Assembly: GCA_963741885.1 (NCBI GenBank)
Contig: CAVUJS010000009.1
Location: 54,636-118,635, forward strand
DNA: 64,000 nt
Direction: 5' to 3'
DNA from: an uncultured Chloroflexia bacterium
GTDB lineage: Bacteria > Chloroflexota > Anaerolineae > Anaerolineales > Anaerolineaceae
The notes beneath the pieces are model-generated. The model made no database searches. It was not told the origin of the DNA and saw only the letters and a program-made list of their open reading frames with translations. Positions 33,440 through 42,347 of the stretch are shown here, piece by piece. A program made the translations under genes and the position numbers. Every line of letters begins with the position of its first letter. Position 1 is the stretch's first letter.

Positions 33440-34435
33440 TTAGTCAACCTCTTCCAGACCCTCGAACCCACTGATTGCGTTTAAGGCATTGCCAGTCTCG
33501 AATTTGCTCCACAGGTCATTGGCCAGGGCCTGCGCGTTTTGCCTGATTTTGTACCGCATGAAATACTGGCATAAGCGCTCGACATCCCGCATAAAGAGCG
33601 CGGGCGCGTCTGGGTTGCGCCGCGGATCGACCGCTTGCGGGAAATCAATGATTTTAAAGGTATTTTCCCAATACAGGATGTTATAGGCCGAAAAGTCGGC
33701 ATGGACACAGTGACAGGCCAGCATAATGGCCAGGTTATCGACCAGTTTCTCAAAGATGAGCCGCGCTTCACCTGCCTCCAGGGTGACCTGGTTGAGGGTG
33801 GGCGCGGGGACGGTGGCCTCTCCGAGGTATTCCATCAAAATCACATTGCTGCCATGCGCCAGGGGTTTGGGCACATCGGCCCCGGCCTGATGCAGCTTTT
33901 GCAGCGTCTGATACTCTGCCTCGAGCCAGGTGTTATGGCGCAGTTCCTGCCCATAGCGCGTGTTTTTCTGCATGGCCAGCGCCTCGCGCCGGCTGCGGAC
34001 GGCCTTGCCATGTTCATCGATCATATCGCGGCCCTGGCGGTAGCGTGCGTCATTGCGCAGGTTGCGGAACATGCGCGGGCGGTACACTTTCGCGGCGATC
34101 AAATCCAGCCCGGTGGAGGGGTGCGCCGCGCAGCAGTAGACGTTGGCCTCTTTGCCGCCTTTTGCTTTCCATAGGATATCCGTAATGAGCTGGTTGTTGT
34201 AGAACTCTTCCAGGTTGCTGATCAGCCAGAAATGTTCATGCTCGGCGGGTTGAAAAGAGGGGCTAAAGTTTTGCTGAACATCAACCGGGGCTTTATCCGC
34301 ATGTTCCACCAGATCGGCCAGGAAGCGGGCTTGTTTTTCGCGCTGACCCAGGCGGCGGTTTTTGCGCTGAATGCGCTTGGCAGGGGTCGGGTCAAAATCA
34401 GCGTTCAGATAGTTATCAAGATCGTTCTTTCGCAT
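33440..34435 (-). CDS. RIO-type atypical serine protein kinase/ATPase
   Basis: GGKEANVYCC (flexible-loop region), LIAAKVYR (Lys), HCVHADFSAYNILY (catalytic loop) and KIIDFPQAV (metal-binding Asp) follow the RIO1/RIO2 order. Confidence 0.8.
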   Translation of the reverse strand: MRKNDLDNYLNADFDPTPAKRIQRKNRRLGQREKQARFLADLVEHADKAPVDVQQNFSPSFQPAEHEHFWLISNLEEFYNNQLITDILWKAKGGKEANVYCCAAHPSTGLDLIAAKVYRPRMFRNLRNDARYRQGRDMIDEHGKAVRSRREALAMQKNTRYGQELRHNTWLEAEYQTLQKLHQAGADVPKPLAHGSNVILMEYLGEATVPAPTLNQVTLEAGEARLIFEKLVDNLAIMLACHCVHADFSAYNILYWENTFKIIDFPQAVDPRRNPDAPALFMRDVERLCQYFMRYKIRQNAQALANDLWSKFETGNALNAISGFEGLEEVD

Positions 34436-34574
34436 CGTCTCTCTTGGTAAATTAACAGGTCATCAAAATTTATGCATCAATTGAGGAAGGACAGGCACAC
34501 CTCCTCATCGAATCAGGCGTGCGCGGAGCAGAATACAGGATTGCCTCTGGCTTGTGGTTTTGAAAAGGGGAATC

Positions 34575-34609
34575 AAAAAGCCACGGGAAGATTGAGCACG
34601 CCCGTGGCC
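34575..34609 (-). terminator. Intrinsic terminator downstream of the prenyltransferase-like gene/sORF and upstream of the RIO kinase gene
   Basis: Minus strand GCCACGGG-CGTGCTCAATCTT-CCCGTGGC followed by TTTTT. Confidence 0.65.
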
Positions 34610-34637
34610 ATTTACAGGTCAAAAAACGGGGGCACAC

Positions 34638-34703
34638 TCAATCAAGGCAAAGCTGCGCGAACCGCTGGGAACCGGTTTGGGCAATACTGTATACCTTGTG
34701 CAT
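34638..34703 (-). CDS. Candidate 21-aa sORF (MHKVYSIAQTGSQRFAQLCLD)
   Basis: Near-consensus AGGAGG 5 nt before the ATG. A terminator lies 30 nt after the stop. No homology support. Confidence 0.25.
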   Translation of the reverse strand: MHKVYSIAQTGSQRFAQLCLD

Positions 34704-34778
34704 TGGTGCCTCCTTTCAAGTTCGATTTTTAATCCAGGCCAATCGTAGCACGGAGAAAAACAAATGTCAACTACGAAA

Positions 34779-35615
34779 TTAATCCAACTCTCCTACCAAC
34801 CCGTAGTGCTTCAGCACCTTAATCGCCCCAACTGTGGCAGAGGCAGCGAAGGCGGGGCCATCTTCGGAGGCCCACGAGCCATCCGGGGCCTGGCGGCGCT
34901 GCAGCTCGGCCAGGGCGCTGGCGATAAAAGGCTGCTGCGCGTTCAGGCCCAGGCGGGAGAGGCAGTCGATGGCCCAGGCCACCTGCGAATCCGCCCATTC
35001 GCTGAAGGGGTGCGCCTGCAAGAAGGCCAGTCCCTGGGCGTAGGGATGCGCATAGCCTGATAGACCGGCCAGCTCTGCCAGGCCAAAGGCGGCGGCTGCC
35101 AGCCAGTTGGTGTGCAGGTAGCCGGGCATCTGCCCGTTTTCGGCCTGGTGCGCGGCCAGGAAATCCAGCGCGCCAGGGAAGCCGGGATGCTGCGCGCGCC
35201 CGGTGAGCGCCAGCCAGTAGGCGGCGTAGGCGGTCAGGTACAGGCGCGTGTTCAGGCTGCCGGGGACGATCCAGGGCGGCAGGTCGTGCTGGGGCAGGTC
35301 GGGGTTCTCGTCCAGCCCGCCGTCGGGGCGCTGCATGGCTTCCAGGAAGTCGAGCGCGCGCCGGGCGGATGCACCTTCCAGCAGGCCCAGTTCGTCAAAC
35401 TGCCACAGGGCGGTCAGGGTGCTGTCGACGGCGCTCTGACTGCCCGGGCGCGGGCGCGAAGGGAAGCCGCCGTCCGGGTTCTGGCTGTTGATCAGCTTCT
35501 GGTAGGCCTCGGGTGAAGGCGGCATGTCCATCAACAGGTACAGCAGGCGCGCCTTTTCGAGGATCGTGCCGTGGTCGGTGACGAACAGGATGGATCGGGT
35601 CGGGTCGAGCGTCAT
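34779..35615 (-). CDS. Prenyltransferase/squalene-oxidase-repeat (alpha/alpha-toroid) protein
   Basis: Repeated QxxDGGF/W motifs: QNPDGGF, QRPDGGL, QAENGQM, QAPDGSW. Confidence 0.75.
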   Translation of the reverse strand: MTLDPTRSILFVTDHGTILEKARLLYLLMDMPPSPEAYQKLINSQNPDGGFPSRPRPGSQSAVDSTLTALWQFDELGLLEGASARRALDFLEAMQRPDGGLDENPDLPQHDLPPWIVPGSLNTRLYLTAYAAYWLALTGRAQHPGFPGALDFLAAHQAENGQMPGYLHTNWLAAAAFGLAELAGLSGYAHPYAQGLAFLQAHPFSEWADSQVAWAIDCLSRLGLNAQQPFIASALAELQRRQAPDGSWASEDGPAFAASATVGAIKVLKHYGLVGELD

Positions 35616-35628
35616 ACCGCGGGCTGCC

Positions 35629-38169
35629 TCAAGCGGCCTGGTCGAGATTGTTCTCGGCTTCCACGTTATGCGCTTCGCCCATGTCGAGCACTTCGCGCAC
35701 CTGAGAAGTGGCCTGGGCCGGGCCGATGATCCCGGCGGCTTCCAGCGCGTCCACCATGCGGGCAGAGCGGGTGTAGCCGATGCGCAGGCGGCGCTGCAGC
35801 ATGGAAATGCTAGCTTTACCTTCTTCGCGCACCACCTTAATCGCGTCCGCGATCATGGGGTCGTCGGAGATGCTGCCGTTTGGGTCACCGAACAGTGGGG
35901 TTTGCTTGAGCGGCGTGCTGAGCGGGATATCCATATTGACCGGCGTGGCGGTGGGCGTTTGCAGGTTGACGTTGCGCAGATCATAGGCCTGCTGCCGCCA
36001 GTACTCCACCAGGTTCTGGATCTCGCCATCTGAGACGTAAACGCCTTGCAGGCGGACCGGCGCGGCGGCGTCTGGGGCTTGAAAGAGCATATCTCCGCGC
36101 CCCAGCAGGCGTTCCGCGCCGGGCTGGTCGAGGATCACGCGGCTGTCGATGCCCGAGGCGACGGCAAAGGCCACCCGGGCGGGGAAGTTGGCCTTGATCA
36201 AGCCGGTGACCACGTCCACCGAGGGGCGCTGGGTCGCCAGCACCAGGTGGATGCCCGTGGCGCGCGCCAGCTGAGCCAGGCGGGTCAGGCTGCGTTCGGT
36301 TTCATCGGGGGCCAGCATCATCAGGTCGGCCAGTTCGTCGATCAGCACCAGCATGTAAGGCAGGGGCGGGTTGTTGCGCGCGTTGTAATCCACGATGTTG
36401 CGCGCTCCGGTTTGCGAGAAGCGATGATAGCGTGCGTCCATTTCGCGCTGCACCCACTGCAAAGCGCCTACCACCTGCTCGGCTTCTACGATCACCGGCG
36501 AGAGCAGGTGCGGGATGCCGTTATAGCCGGTCAGTTCCACGCGCTTGGGGTCCACCAGGATCATGCGCAGCTCGTTGGGGGTATTGTTGAGCAGCAGGCA
36601 GCTGAGGATCGCGTTCACCAGCACCGATTTGCCCGAACCGGTCGTCCCGGCGATCAGCAGGTGGGGCATGGCGTCCAGCGCGTAGCACTTGGGGTGCCCG
36701 CCGACATCCTTGCCCAGTGCAAAGCGCAGGGGCGATTTGATTTTGCGGAAAGCTTCTGATTCCATCACATCGCGCAGCAGCACGCGGCTGACTTCCAGGT
36801 TGGGCACTTCGATGCCCACGTAATTGCGCCCGGGCACCGGGGCTTGAATGCGGATGCGCGCGGCTGCCAGCGCCAGGGCCAGATCATCCGCCAGGTTGAC
36901 GATCTTGGAAACGCGCACGCGCGTGCGCCCGCTGCGGTTCTCGACATACAACGGTTCTACGCCAAACTGCGTGACGGTGGGGCCAGTGTTCATCTTGACC
37001 ACTTTCACCGGGCTGCCAAAGGAGGCCAGCGTGTCTTCGATCAACTTGGCGCGGTGTTCCAGTTCTTCTTTGTTGTTTTGCCCGTTCTCGGGCGGGTTGG
37101 CTTCGAGGATGGCAGCGATATCGGGCTGCTTCCAGGGCGGCAGGGGCGCGCTGGGCGTGCTGACGCTGGGCGCGCGGGCCGCGCCGTTCGCGGCAGAGCC
37201 GTCTGCGCCGGGGCTGCCGGGCGCGGCGGCTGGCAGCCCGGCAGCGCTGCCTCTGCCAGAGCGGCTGCGCGGGTTGGTGGGCGTGGGCGCCGCGGCGGAC
37301 GGCCCATTTCCAGCAGCGGCGGCGGGACCGGCGGCGGAACCGGCGTGCATAGGCTGGAAGTCGCCGGGCAGTTCCGCTGAGGCTGGCTCCTGGCGCGGCT
37401 GGCCGTTCGCATCCAGTTCAGGGATGGAGCGCTGCGCGGACAGGGCCTGCCGTTGGGCGCGCGACTGCTGTTCGAGCGCCAGCTGGGTTTTGATGCGCCG
37501 CACCAGGCTGGCTAAAGCCTGCTGGAAGAAGGAAAATAATTCCGATACAGGGGTATCCAGGGTCAGCGCCACGGCGATCACCAGCCAGGCGGTGAAAGCC
37601 ACGTAAGCCGGGGCCTCGCCCAGGGCGGCCAGGGTCAGCTGTTGGAAGAATGCGCCTAACAAACCCCCGCCTTGCCCGGCGGCGGCGGTCTGCCAGTTGC
37701 CGCCGGAAAGCAGGTGCATCCAGGCCAGGATGTTGAGGTACAGCAGGATCAAGCCGCTCAAGCGCTCGGCGGAGAGCATGGGCAGGCGTTCCACGTTGCG
37801 CAGCACCAGCCAGATGCCGATCAGCACCAGCGCCGCCGGTAGGATGAAGGAACCCCACCCGCCTACCCGCCGCACGATCACCACCAGCAGGCCCGTCACC
37901 GCGCCGTTACTGGAGGAAAACAAGGCCAGCAGGGTCAGCATCCCGACCAGCGCCAGCAGCACACCGACGATATCGAGCTTGCGGTCGATGGACAGCTTGT
38001 TCCAACTCCACTCTCGCCGCGGGATTTTTGACAGCACGCCTCCGGTCGGTTTTTTGCTGCGGCTGCTGCCGGATTTGCCGCCAGCCGGCGCGCCTTTCCG
38101 GCTGCGCGCCATGCTGGGCGGTTTTTTCCCTGTTGTGGATTTGGTAGATCGGCTTTTCGAGCTGGGCAC
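35629..38169 (-). CDS. ftsK: DNA translocase FtsK
   Basis: N-terminal TM helices and a Pro/Ala-rich linker. Walker A IAGTTGSGKSV, Walker B LVLIDELADLM, gamma domain ISMLQRRLRIGYTRSARMVDALE. GTG start. Confidence 0.95.
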   Translation of the reverse strand: MPSSKSRSTKSTTGKKPPSMARSRKGAPAGGKSGSSRSKKPTGGVLSKIPRREWSWNKLSIDRKLDIVGVLLALVGMLTLLALFSSSNGAVTGLLVVIVRRVGGWGSFILPAALVLIGIWLVLRNVERLPMLSAERLSGLILLYLNILAWMHLLSGGNWQTAAAGQGGGLLGAFFQQLTLAALGEAPAYVAFTAWLVIAVALTLDTPVSELFSFFQQALASLVRRIKTQLALEQQSRAQRQALSAQRSIPELDANGQPRQEPASAELPGDFQPMHAGSAAGPAAAAGNGPSAAAPTPTNPRSRSGRGSAAGLPAAAPGSPGADGSAANGAARAPSVSTPSAPLPPWKQPDIAAILEANPPENGQNNKEELEHRAKLIEDTLASFGSPVKVVKMNTGPTVTQFGVEPLYVENRSGRTRVRVSKIVNLADDLALALAAARIRIQAPVPGRNYVGIEVPNLEVSRVLLRDVMESEAFRKIKSPLRFALGKDVGGHPKCYALDAMPHLLIAGTTGSGKSVLVNAILSCLLLNNTPNELRMILVDPKRVELTGYNGIPHLLSPVIVEAEQVVGALQWVQREMDARYHRFSQTGARNIVDYNARNNPPLPYMLVLIDELADLMMLAPDETERSLTRLAQLARATGIHLVLATQRPSVDVVTGLIKANFPARVAFAVASGIDSRVILDQPGAERLLGRGDMLFQAPDAAAPVRLQGVYVSDGEIQNLVEYWRQQAYDLRNVNLQTPTATPVNMDIPLSTPLKQTPLFGDPNGSISDDPMIADAIKVVREEGKASISMLQRRLRIGYTRSARMVDALEAAGIIGPAQATSQVREVLDMGEAHNVEAENNLDQAA

Positions 38170-38225
38170 GGGCAGACCTTTCTAGGAATAATTTTCTACA
38201 TTATAGCATGAGGATTGAATTTATT

Positions 38226-38270
38226 AAATAATGAACTCGTTTGCCAGTTCGGCAAACGAGTTCATTATTT
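38226..38270. terminator. Perfect 20-bp-stem palindrome (terminator of the 38284 gene)
   Basis: AAATAATGAACTCGTTTGCC-AGTTC-GGCAAACGAGTTCATTATTT. Confidence 0.75.
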
Positions 38271-38283
38271 AATCCGTTTTTCG

Positions 38284-39246
38284 TTACCACCAGATGCGGA
38301 ACCAGGTATAGGCGTTGGCCTTGGGTAGGCCGGGCACATCCGCGCTGACGGTGATGCGGACGATCTGGTTGGGCGGCAGGTTCTTGACTGGAAAGCTGGT
38401 CGTGGTGAGGCCGTCGCTGCTGCTCTGGTCGGTGCGGAAGTTCTCCACGCTGCCATCCGGGTAGGCGGCGGTGACCATTACGCTGATCCCGGGCAGGGGG
38501 GTATGATTCTGGTCACTGACCACCACGAACACCTGCTGGTTCTGCCCGGCGGCTTCCACCGGGTGGTTGACAAAGGCCGCCAGGTTTAACTGTACGGTGC
38601 GGGTGGCGTTGTTTTCGATCACCTGCTCGCCGATGCGCAGGTCCATATCAATGCGGCCCAGCTCCGTCAGCACCACGCGCTGCCCGGATGGGCGGTCGGT
38701 GCGCCATTCCAGGCGGGCGCGCTCAAAGTACTGCACCAGGCGGCCATCCAGCATCTCGGTGTCTGAGATGGGCTGGCCAAAGTAAACCGGCCCATTGTAG
38801 CGTTCGTAGAACTGCAAGAAGGCATAACATACCAGCTTGCGGTTCGCGAAGGTGCGGCACATGTTGCTGTTGGTGGAAAAATCAATCGCCTCTCCTGGAC
38901 GCGTTTCATCATGCAGCAGCTGCCCCAATTTTGCCAGCGTAATGCGGCTGCCGGGCGGGGCGGAAGGGTCCCGGTCCAGGCGCGCGCGCTCGAAGTATTG
39001 GATCTCGAGCCCCGGGCGGATGGGGTCGGGCAGCACATCACTGATGGGGTTGCCGAACAGGCGAGCCGGGTCTGGCGCGTTGTTATAGAAGGTGAGAAAA
39101 TCACCCCGCACCCAGAAACCGGTGTCGTTAAAAAACTGACCTTCGCTGCCTTGGGCGGGAAGACTGCCCAGAGCCGGGCGGGCCGAAACGCCGACGAGCA
39201 GGAAGGTCATTGCCAGGAAAGTGATGAATATGCGGTATCGGAGCAT
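38284..39246 (-). CDS. Secreted protein with repeated (Y/Q)FERARLE motifs and C-terminal Ig-like region
   Basis: Signal peptide. Two repeats FGNPISD...IQYFERARLDRD and YFGQPISD...VQYFERARLEWR. Beta-rich C-terminus. Confidence 0.7.
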   Translation of the reverse strand: MLRYRIFITFLAMTFLLVGVSARPALGSLPAQGSEGQFFNDTGFWVRGDFLTFYNNAPDPARLFGNPISDVLPDPIRPGLEIQYFERARLDRDPSAPPGSRITLAKLGQLLHDETRPGEAIDFSTNSNMCRTFANRKLVCYAFLQFYERYNGPVYFGQPISDTEMLDGRLVQYFERARLEWRTDRPSGQRVVLTELGRIDMDLRIGEQVIENNATRTVQLNLAAFVNHPVEAAGQNQQVFVVVSDQNHTPLPGISVMVTAAYPDGSVENFRTDQSSSDGLTTTSFPVKNLPPNQIVRITVSADVPGLPKANAYTWFRIWW

Positions 39247-39325
39247 ATTTCAATTATATATTGAACGCTGCACACATACAAGTATGATAACCGATCAATT
39301 TACCAGGAAATTACCATCCTCTTTG

Positions 39326-40114
39326 CTATTCGGTATAGCGGGATTCGTCCAATAATTTCTTGCGGCGTTCTGCTTCGGTTTCTTCCTTGGGGTTGATGCC
39401 TGGCAGGGAGCTTTCGCCGGTGCGCAGAGCGGCGCGCTCAGCTTTTTCGGCAGCCGCCAGTTCCGCCGGGGAATGGCGGTGAACGATCGCCCACTTGCCG
39501 CAGAAATCGCAGCGGTCTAACGCGCCGCCGATCAGGTTGATGGACCAGAAGTGGATCGGGTAAGCGCGCCCGCAGCGGGGGCAGATGGTGCCGCCTTTCA
39601 GGCCGTAGTGCCGCGCTGCGCCGGGCTGCATTTTCCCGCGACGCATCATCAGAAACTGGATGCCCACCCCGATCAGCGTGATCAGCAGGATGCCGCCGCC
39701 CAGCGGGATGAATATTTTGCCCATGTCGCTCGATTCCTGGCTGGCGCTGAGGAAGTTGTAGCCAATGGGCGGCGTGACGACGGTGCGCCCATCTTTGGTG
39801 GTGACTTCGGCGGTGAGCTGGTGCTGCCCGGAGGGATAGCTGCTGGTTTTGAACTGCAGTCCAAATGGCGGCTGGCTGACAGTACCCATCTCCTGCCCAT
39901 CGATCAGGTACTTGACCGACTGGATGTTGGTTTCAGTACCGTAGATGCTGAGCGAGAAGTTCCCGCGGATGTTGCTGCCCGCGCCATAGCCAAAATCACG
40001 CCGGACGTGCAGGCGATATTCCGGGTTTTGCGCCTGGGCCGCTGCTGGGCCAGCCAGTGGGAAAATTATTCCCAGGACAAAAACGAAAATAAAAATGCGC
40101 GAAAGGTGCTTCAT
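39326..40114 (-). CDS. Single-pass membrane protein: signal peptide, Ig-like ectodomain, cytoplasmic Zn-ribbon
   Basis: AAAQA signal cleavage context. TM IFIPLGGGILLITLIGVGIQFLMM. CPRCG...CDFCGKW. Confidence 0.7.
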   Translation of the reverse strand: MKHLSRIFIFVFVLGIIFPLAGPAAAQAQNPEYRLHVRRDFGYGAGSNIRGNFSLSIYGTETNIQSVKYLIDGQEMGTVSQPPFGLQFKTSSYPSGQHQLTAEVTTKDGRTVVTPPIGYNFLSASQESSDMGKIFIPLGGGILLITLIGVGIQFLMMRRGKMQPGAARHYGLKGGTICPRCGRAYPIHFWSINLIGGALDRCDFCGKWAIVHRHSPAELAAAEKAERAALRTGESSLPGINPKEETEAERRKKLLDESRYTE

Positions 40115-40177
40115 GAGATTACCTGTTGAGGATAAGCCTGACCGCGCAGTCAGCGCGGTCAGGCGCTGTAAAAATCT

Positions 40178-40987
40178 TTACTTCCAACGGGTGAGGATCG
40201 CCTCACGCTGGAACAAATTGACGCCAAAGTAGATCAGGGCGGCATCGACCACCAGCATGAAGATGATGCTCAGGCCCATCACCGTAGGGCTGAGGATAAT
40301 AATTCCAGCCAGCTGGGCAAACAGCAGCCCCAGCACCGGCACGATCATCACACCCGAAACTTGCTCGGCTACGCGCGGATCATTGACGCGCGAGGAGACG
40401 ATCACGGCGACGTTCACCGCGGCAATGGCCATCAGCGGGCCGATGATCAGCACAGCCATCAGCCAGGTGGCGCTGATCACGTTTTGCAGCAGCCCGGGGG
40501 TAGCCCCGACCAGCGGCAGCAGCAGCACGAAGATGCCAAACGACAGCCAGGTGAGGAACACCGCCGGCAGGGCCGCCGCCAGGGCTTTGCCGGTGAGCAG
40601 TTCTGCGGTGGTGATGGGCGTAGCCAGCAGGGGTTCCAGGCTGCGCGTGGTCTTTTCGCCGACGATGCTGTATGCGGCGATAGCGGTGGGGATGATCAGC
40701 GGCATCATCATGAACATCAACATAAATTCCTGCATGATGTAAACTTGCAGGCAGTCTTTGGCCGGCAGGTTGCCGCAGGTGTTCAAGAACTGCGGCGGGA
40801 CGTCTGCCAGGTCGCCGTTGTTCATTCCGCCGCCGCTGGTCCCCATCACGTACATGATGACCAGCGGGAGCAAGGTAAAAATGATGGGCAGGAAGCCAAT
40901 GGTAAAGAGCACCATGCGGTTCTTGAAGACTTCTTCCCATTCTTTATCGATAATTGTGCGAATGCGGTTCAGGTTCATTGGTTCCAT
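40178..40987 (-). CDS. ABC-2 type transporter permease
   Basis: Six hydrophobic helices and an N-terminal IIDKEWEEVFKNR motif typical of ABC-2 permeases. Lies downstream of the ATPase gene. Confidence 0.85.
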   Translation of the reverse strand: MEPMNLNRIRTIIDKEWEEVFKNRMVLFTIGFLPIIFTLLPLVIMYVMGTSGGGMNNGDLADVPPQFLNTCGNLPAKDCLQVYIMQEFMLMFMMMPLIIPTAIAAYSIVGEKTTRSLEPLLATPITTAELLTGKALAAALPAVFLTWLSFGIFVLLLPLVGATPGLLQNVISATWLMAVLIIGPLMAIAAVNVAVIVSSRVNDPRVAEQVSGVMIVPVLGLLFAQLAGIIILSPTVMGLSIIFMLVVDAALIYFGVNLFQREAILTRWK

Positions 40988-41009
40988 TCCATTCAGCGAG
41001 CCAGGCGGC

Positions 41010-41936
41010 TCAGCTTGTGTGGATCATTTGCATGTAGATATCTTCCAGTGAGTGGCGCAGCTCGCCCACGAACTGCACCTGCGCGCCGGCTTCGACCAGC
41101 TGGCGAATGATGATCGGGTTCTGCTCTTCGGGCTGGTCGAGCGAGATCACCAGCCGCCCGTCGACGGCCTGAGCATCTTTGACAAAGGGCAGTTCGCGCA
41201 CCATCTCGGCCCAGGCGGGCTGCAAGTTTTGCAGGTGGAACACCACCTTGCGCCCAAAGAGCGTCTTGCGCAGGTTTTCAGGGGTGTCTACGGCCACCAG
41301 GTGCGTTTTGAAGATGCCGATGCGCGTGCACAGCCGGTCGGCTTCGTCGAGGTTGTGCGTGCACAGGAAGATGGTGACGCCAGAATCTTTCAGCTGTTCA
41401 ATGAAGTCGCGTACCAGGTGCGAGGCTTCTGGGTCGAGGCCCGAGGTAGGCTCGTCGAGGAACAGCACGCGCGGCTCGTGGATCAGTGCGCGGGCGATGG
41501 CCAGCTTCTGGCGCATGCCTTTTGAGAAACTGCCCACCGGGTCGAAGCGCCGTTCCCATAAGCCTAACATGCGCAGGTACTTTTCCACCTGCCCGGCGGG
41601 GTTGCTCACCCCGTACAGGCGGGCGAAGATTTCCAGGTTTTTCCAGGCCGAAAGGCGCTCGTACATGCCTGGCGTTTCGGTAAGAATCCCCACCGTGCGA
41701 CGGATCTCCTGGTCATCTTGCCCGGTTTGATACGACCCAATCCAGGCGCAGCCGGCGGAGGGGCCGATCAGGCTGCATAACATGCGCACCGTAGTCGTCT
41801 TTCCCGCGCCGTTTGGACCCAGAAAACCAAAGACCTCGCCTTCCGCCACATCCAGCGACAGGCTATCTACGGCGGTAATAGGCGGCTGTTTTTTACCCTG
41901 TTGAAATACCTTCGTCAGGTTCTCGGTACGAATCAT
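41010..41936 (-). CDS. ABC transporter ATP-binding protein
   Basis: Walker A GPNGAGKTT, signature FSKGMRQKLAIA, Walker B LFLDEPTSGLD, H-loop CTHNLDE. ATG 41936 after AAGGA. Confidence 0.92.
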   Translation of the reverse strand: MIRTENLTKVFQQGKKQPPITAVDSLSLDVAEGEVFGFLGPNGAGKTTTVRMLCSLIGPSAGCAWIGSYQTGQDDQEIRRTVGILTETPGMYERLSAWKNLEIFARLYGVSNPAGQVEKYLRMLGLWERRFDPVGSFSKGMRQKLAIARALIHEPRVLFLDEPTSGLDPEASHLVRDFIEQLKDSGVTIFLCTHNLDEADRLCTRIGIFKTHLVAVDTPENLRKTLFGRKVVFHLQNLQPAWAEMVRELPFVKDAQAVDGRLVISLDQPEEQNPIIIRQLVEAGAQVQFVGELRHSLEDIYMQMIHTS

Positions 41937-42347
41937 GCGATTATCCTTTTTCTGACACAAATCCTTGCGGAAGTTTCAATAAAGATTTTAGCACGAATCT
42001 TAAAAAACATGATTAGACCTGAGATGAGATTCCTCGCTGGTCTTAAGCATAATTCGGGTCTAGGTGTTTTTTCCCCCGCTCTTTACCGAAGCGATGGGGA
42101 ATATCCTATGAAACCATTAGGGGATCCCATAGTTTACCCGCTTCGCAAAATAAACTTTAATATATACATCGCGTATGGTTTCCGCGATCCACAGGGGGCA
42201 GCGTTCGTAAAATTGACCGCCAAGGGGGTATGCCCAAGGCAAATTGAATAGAAATCACAATGACCAAACATCGAACAAGCATCACGGGCATTGGATTTAT
42301 TTCCTGCGGCAAAGAAAGGAGCTAAAGACTGACGAAGGGAGAAAAAG

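Noticed and set aside
36046-37606. Plus-strand ORFs 36046..36759 and 36848..37606
   Set aside because: They are antisense to ftsK, whose Walker motifs and gamma domain lie on the minus frame.
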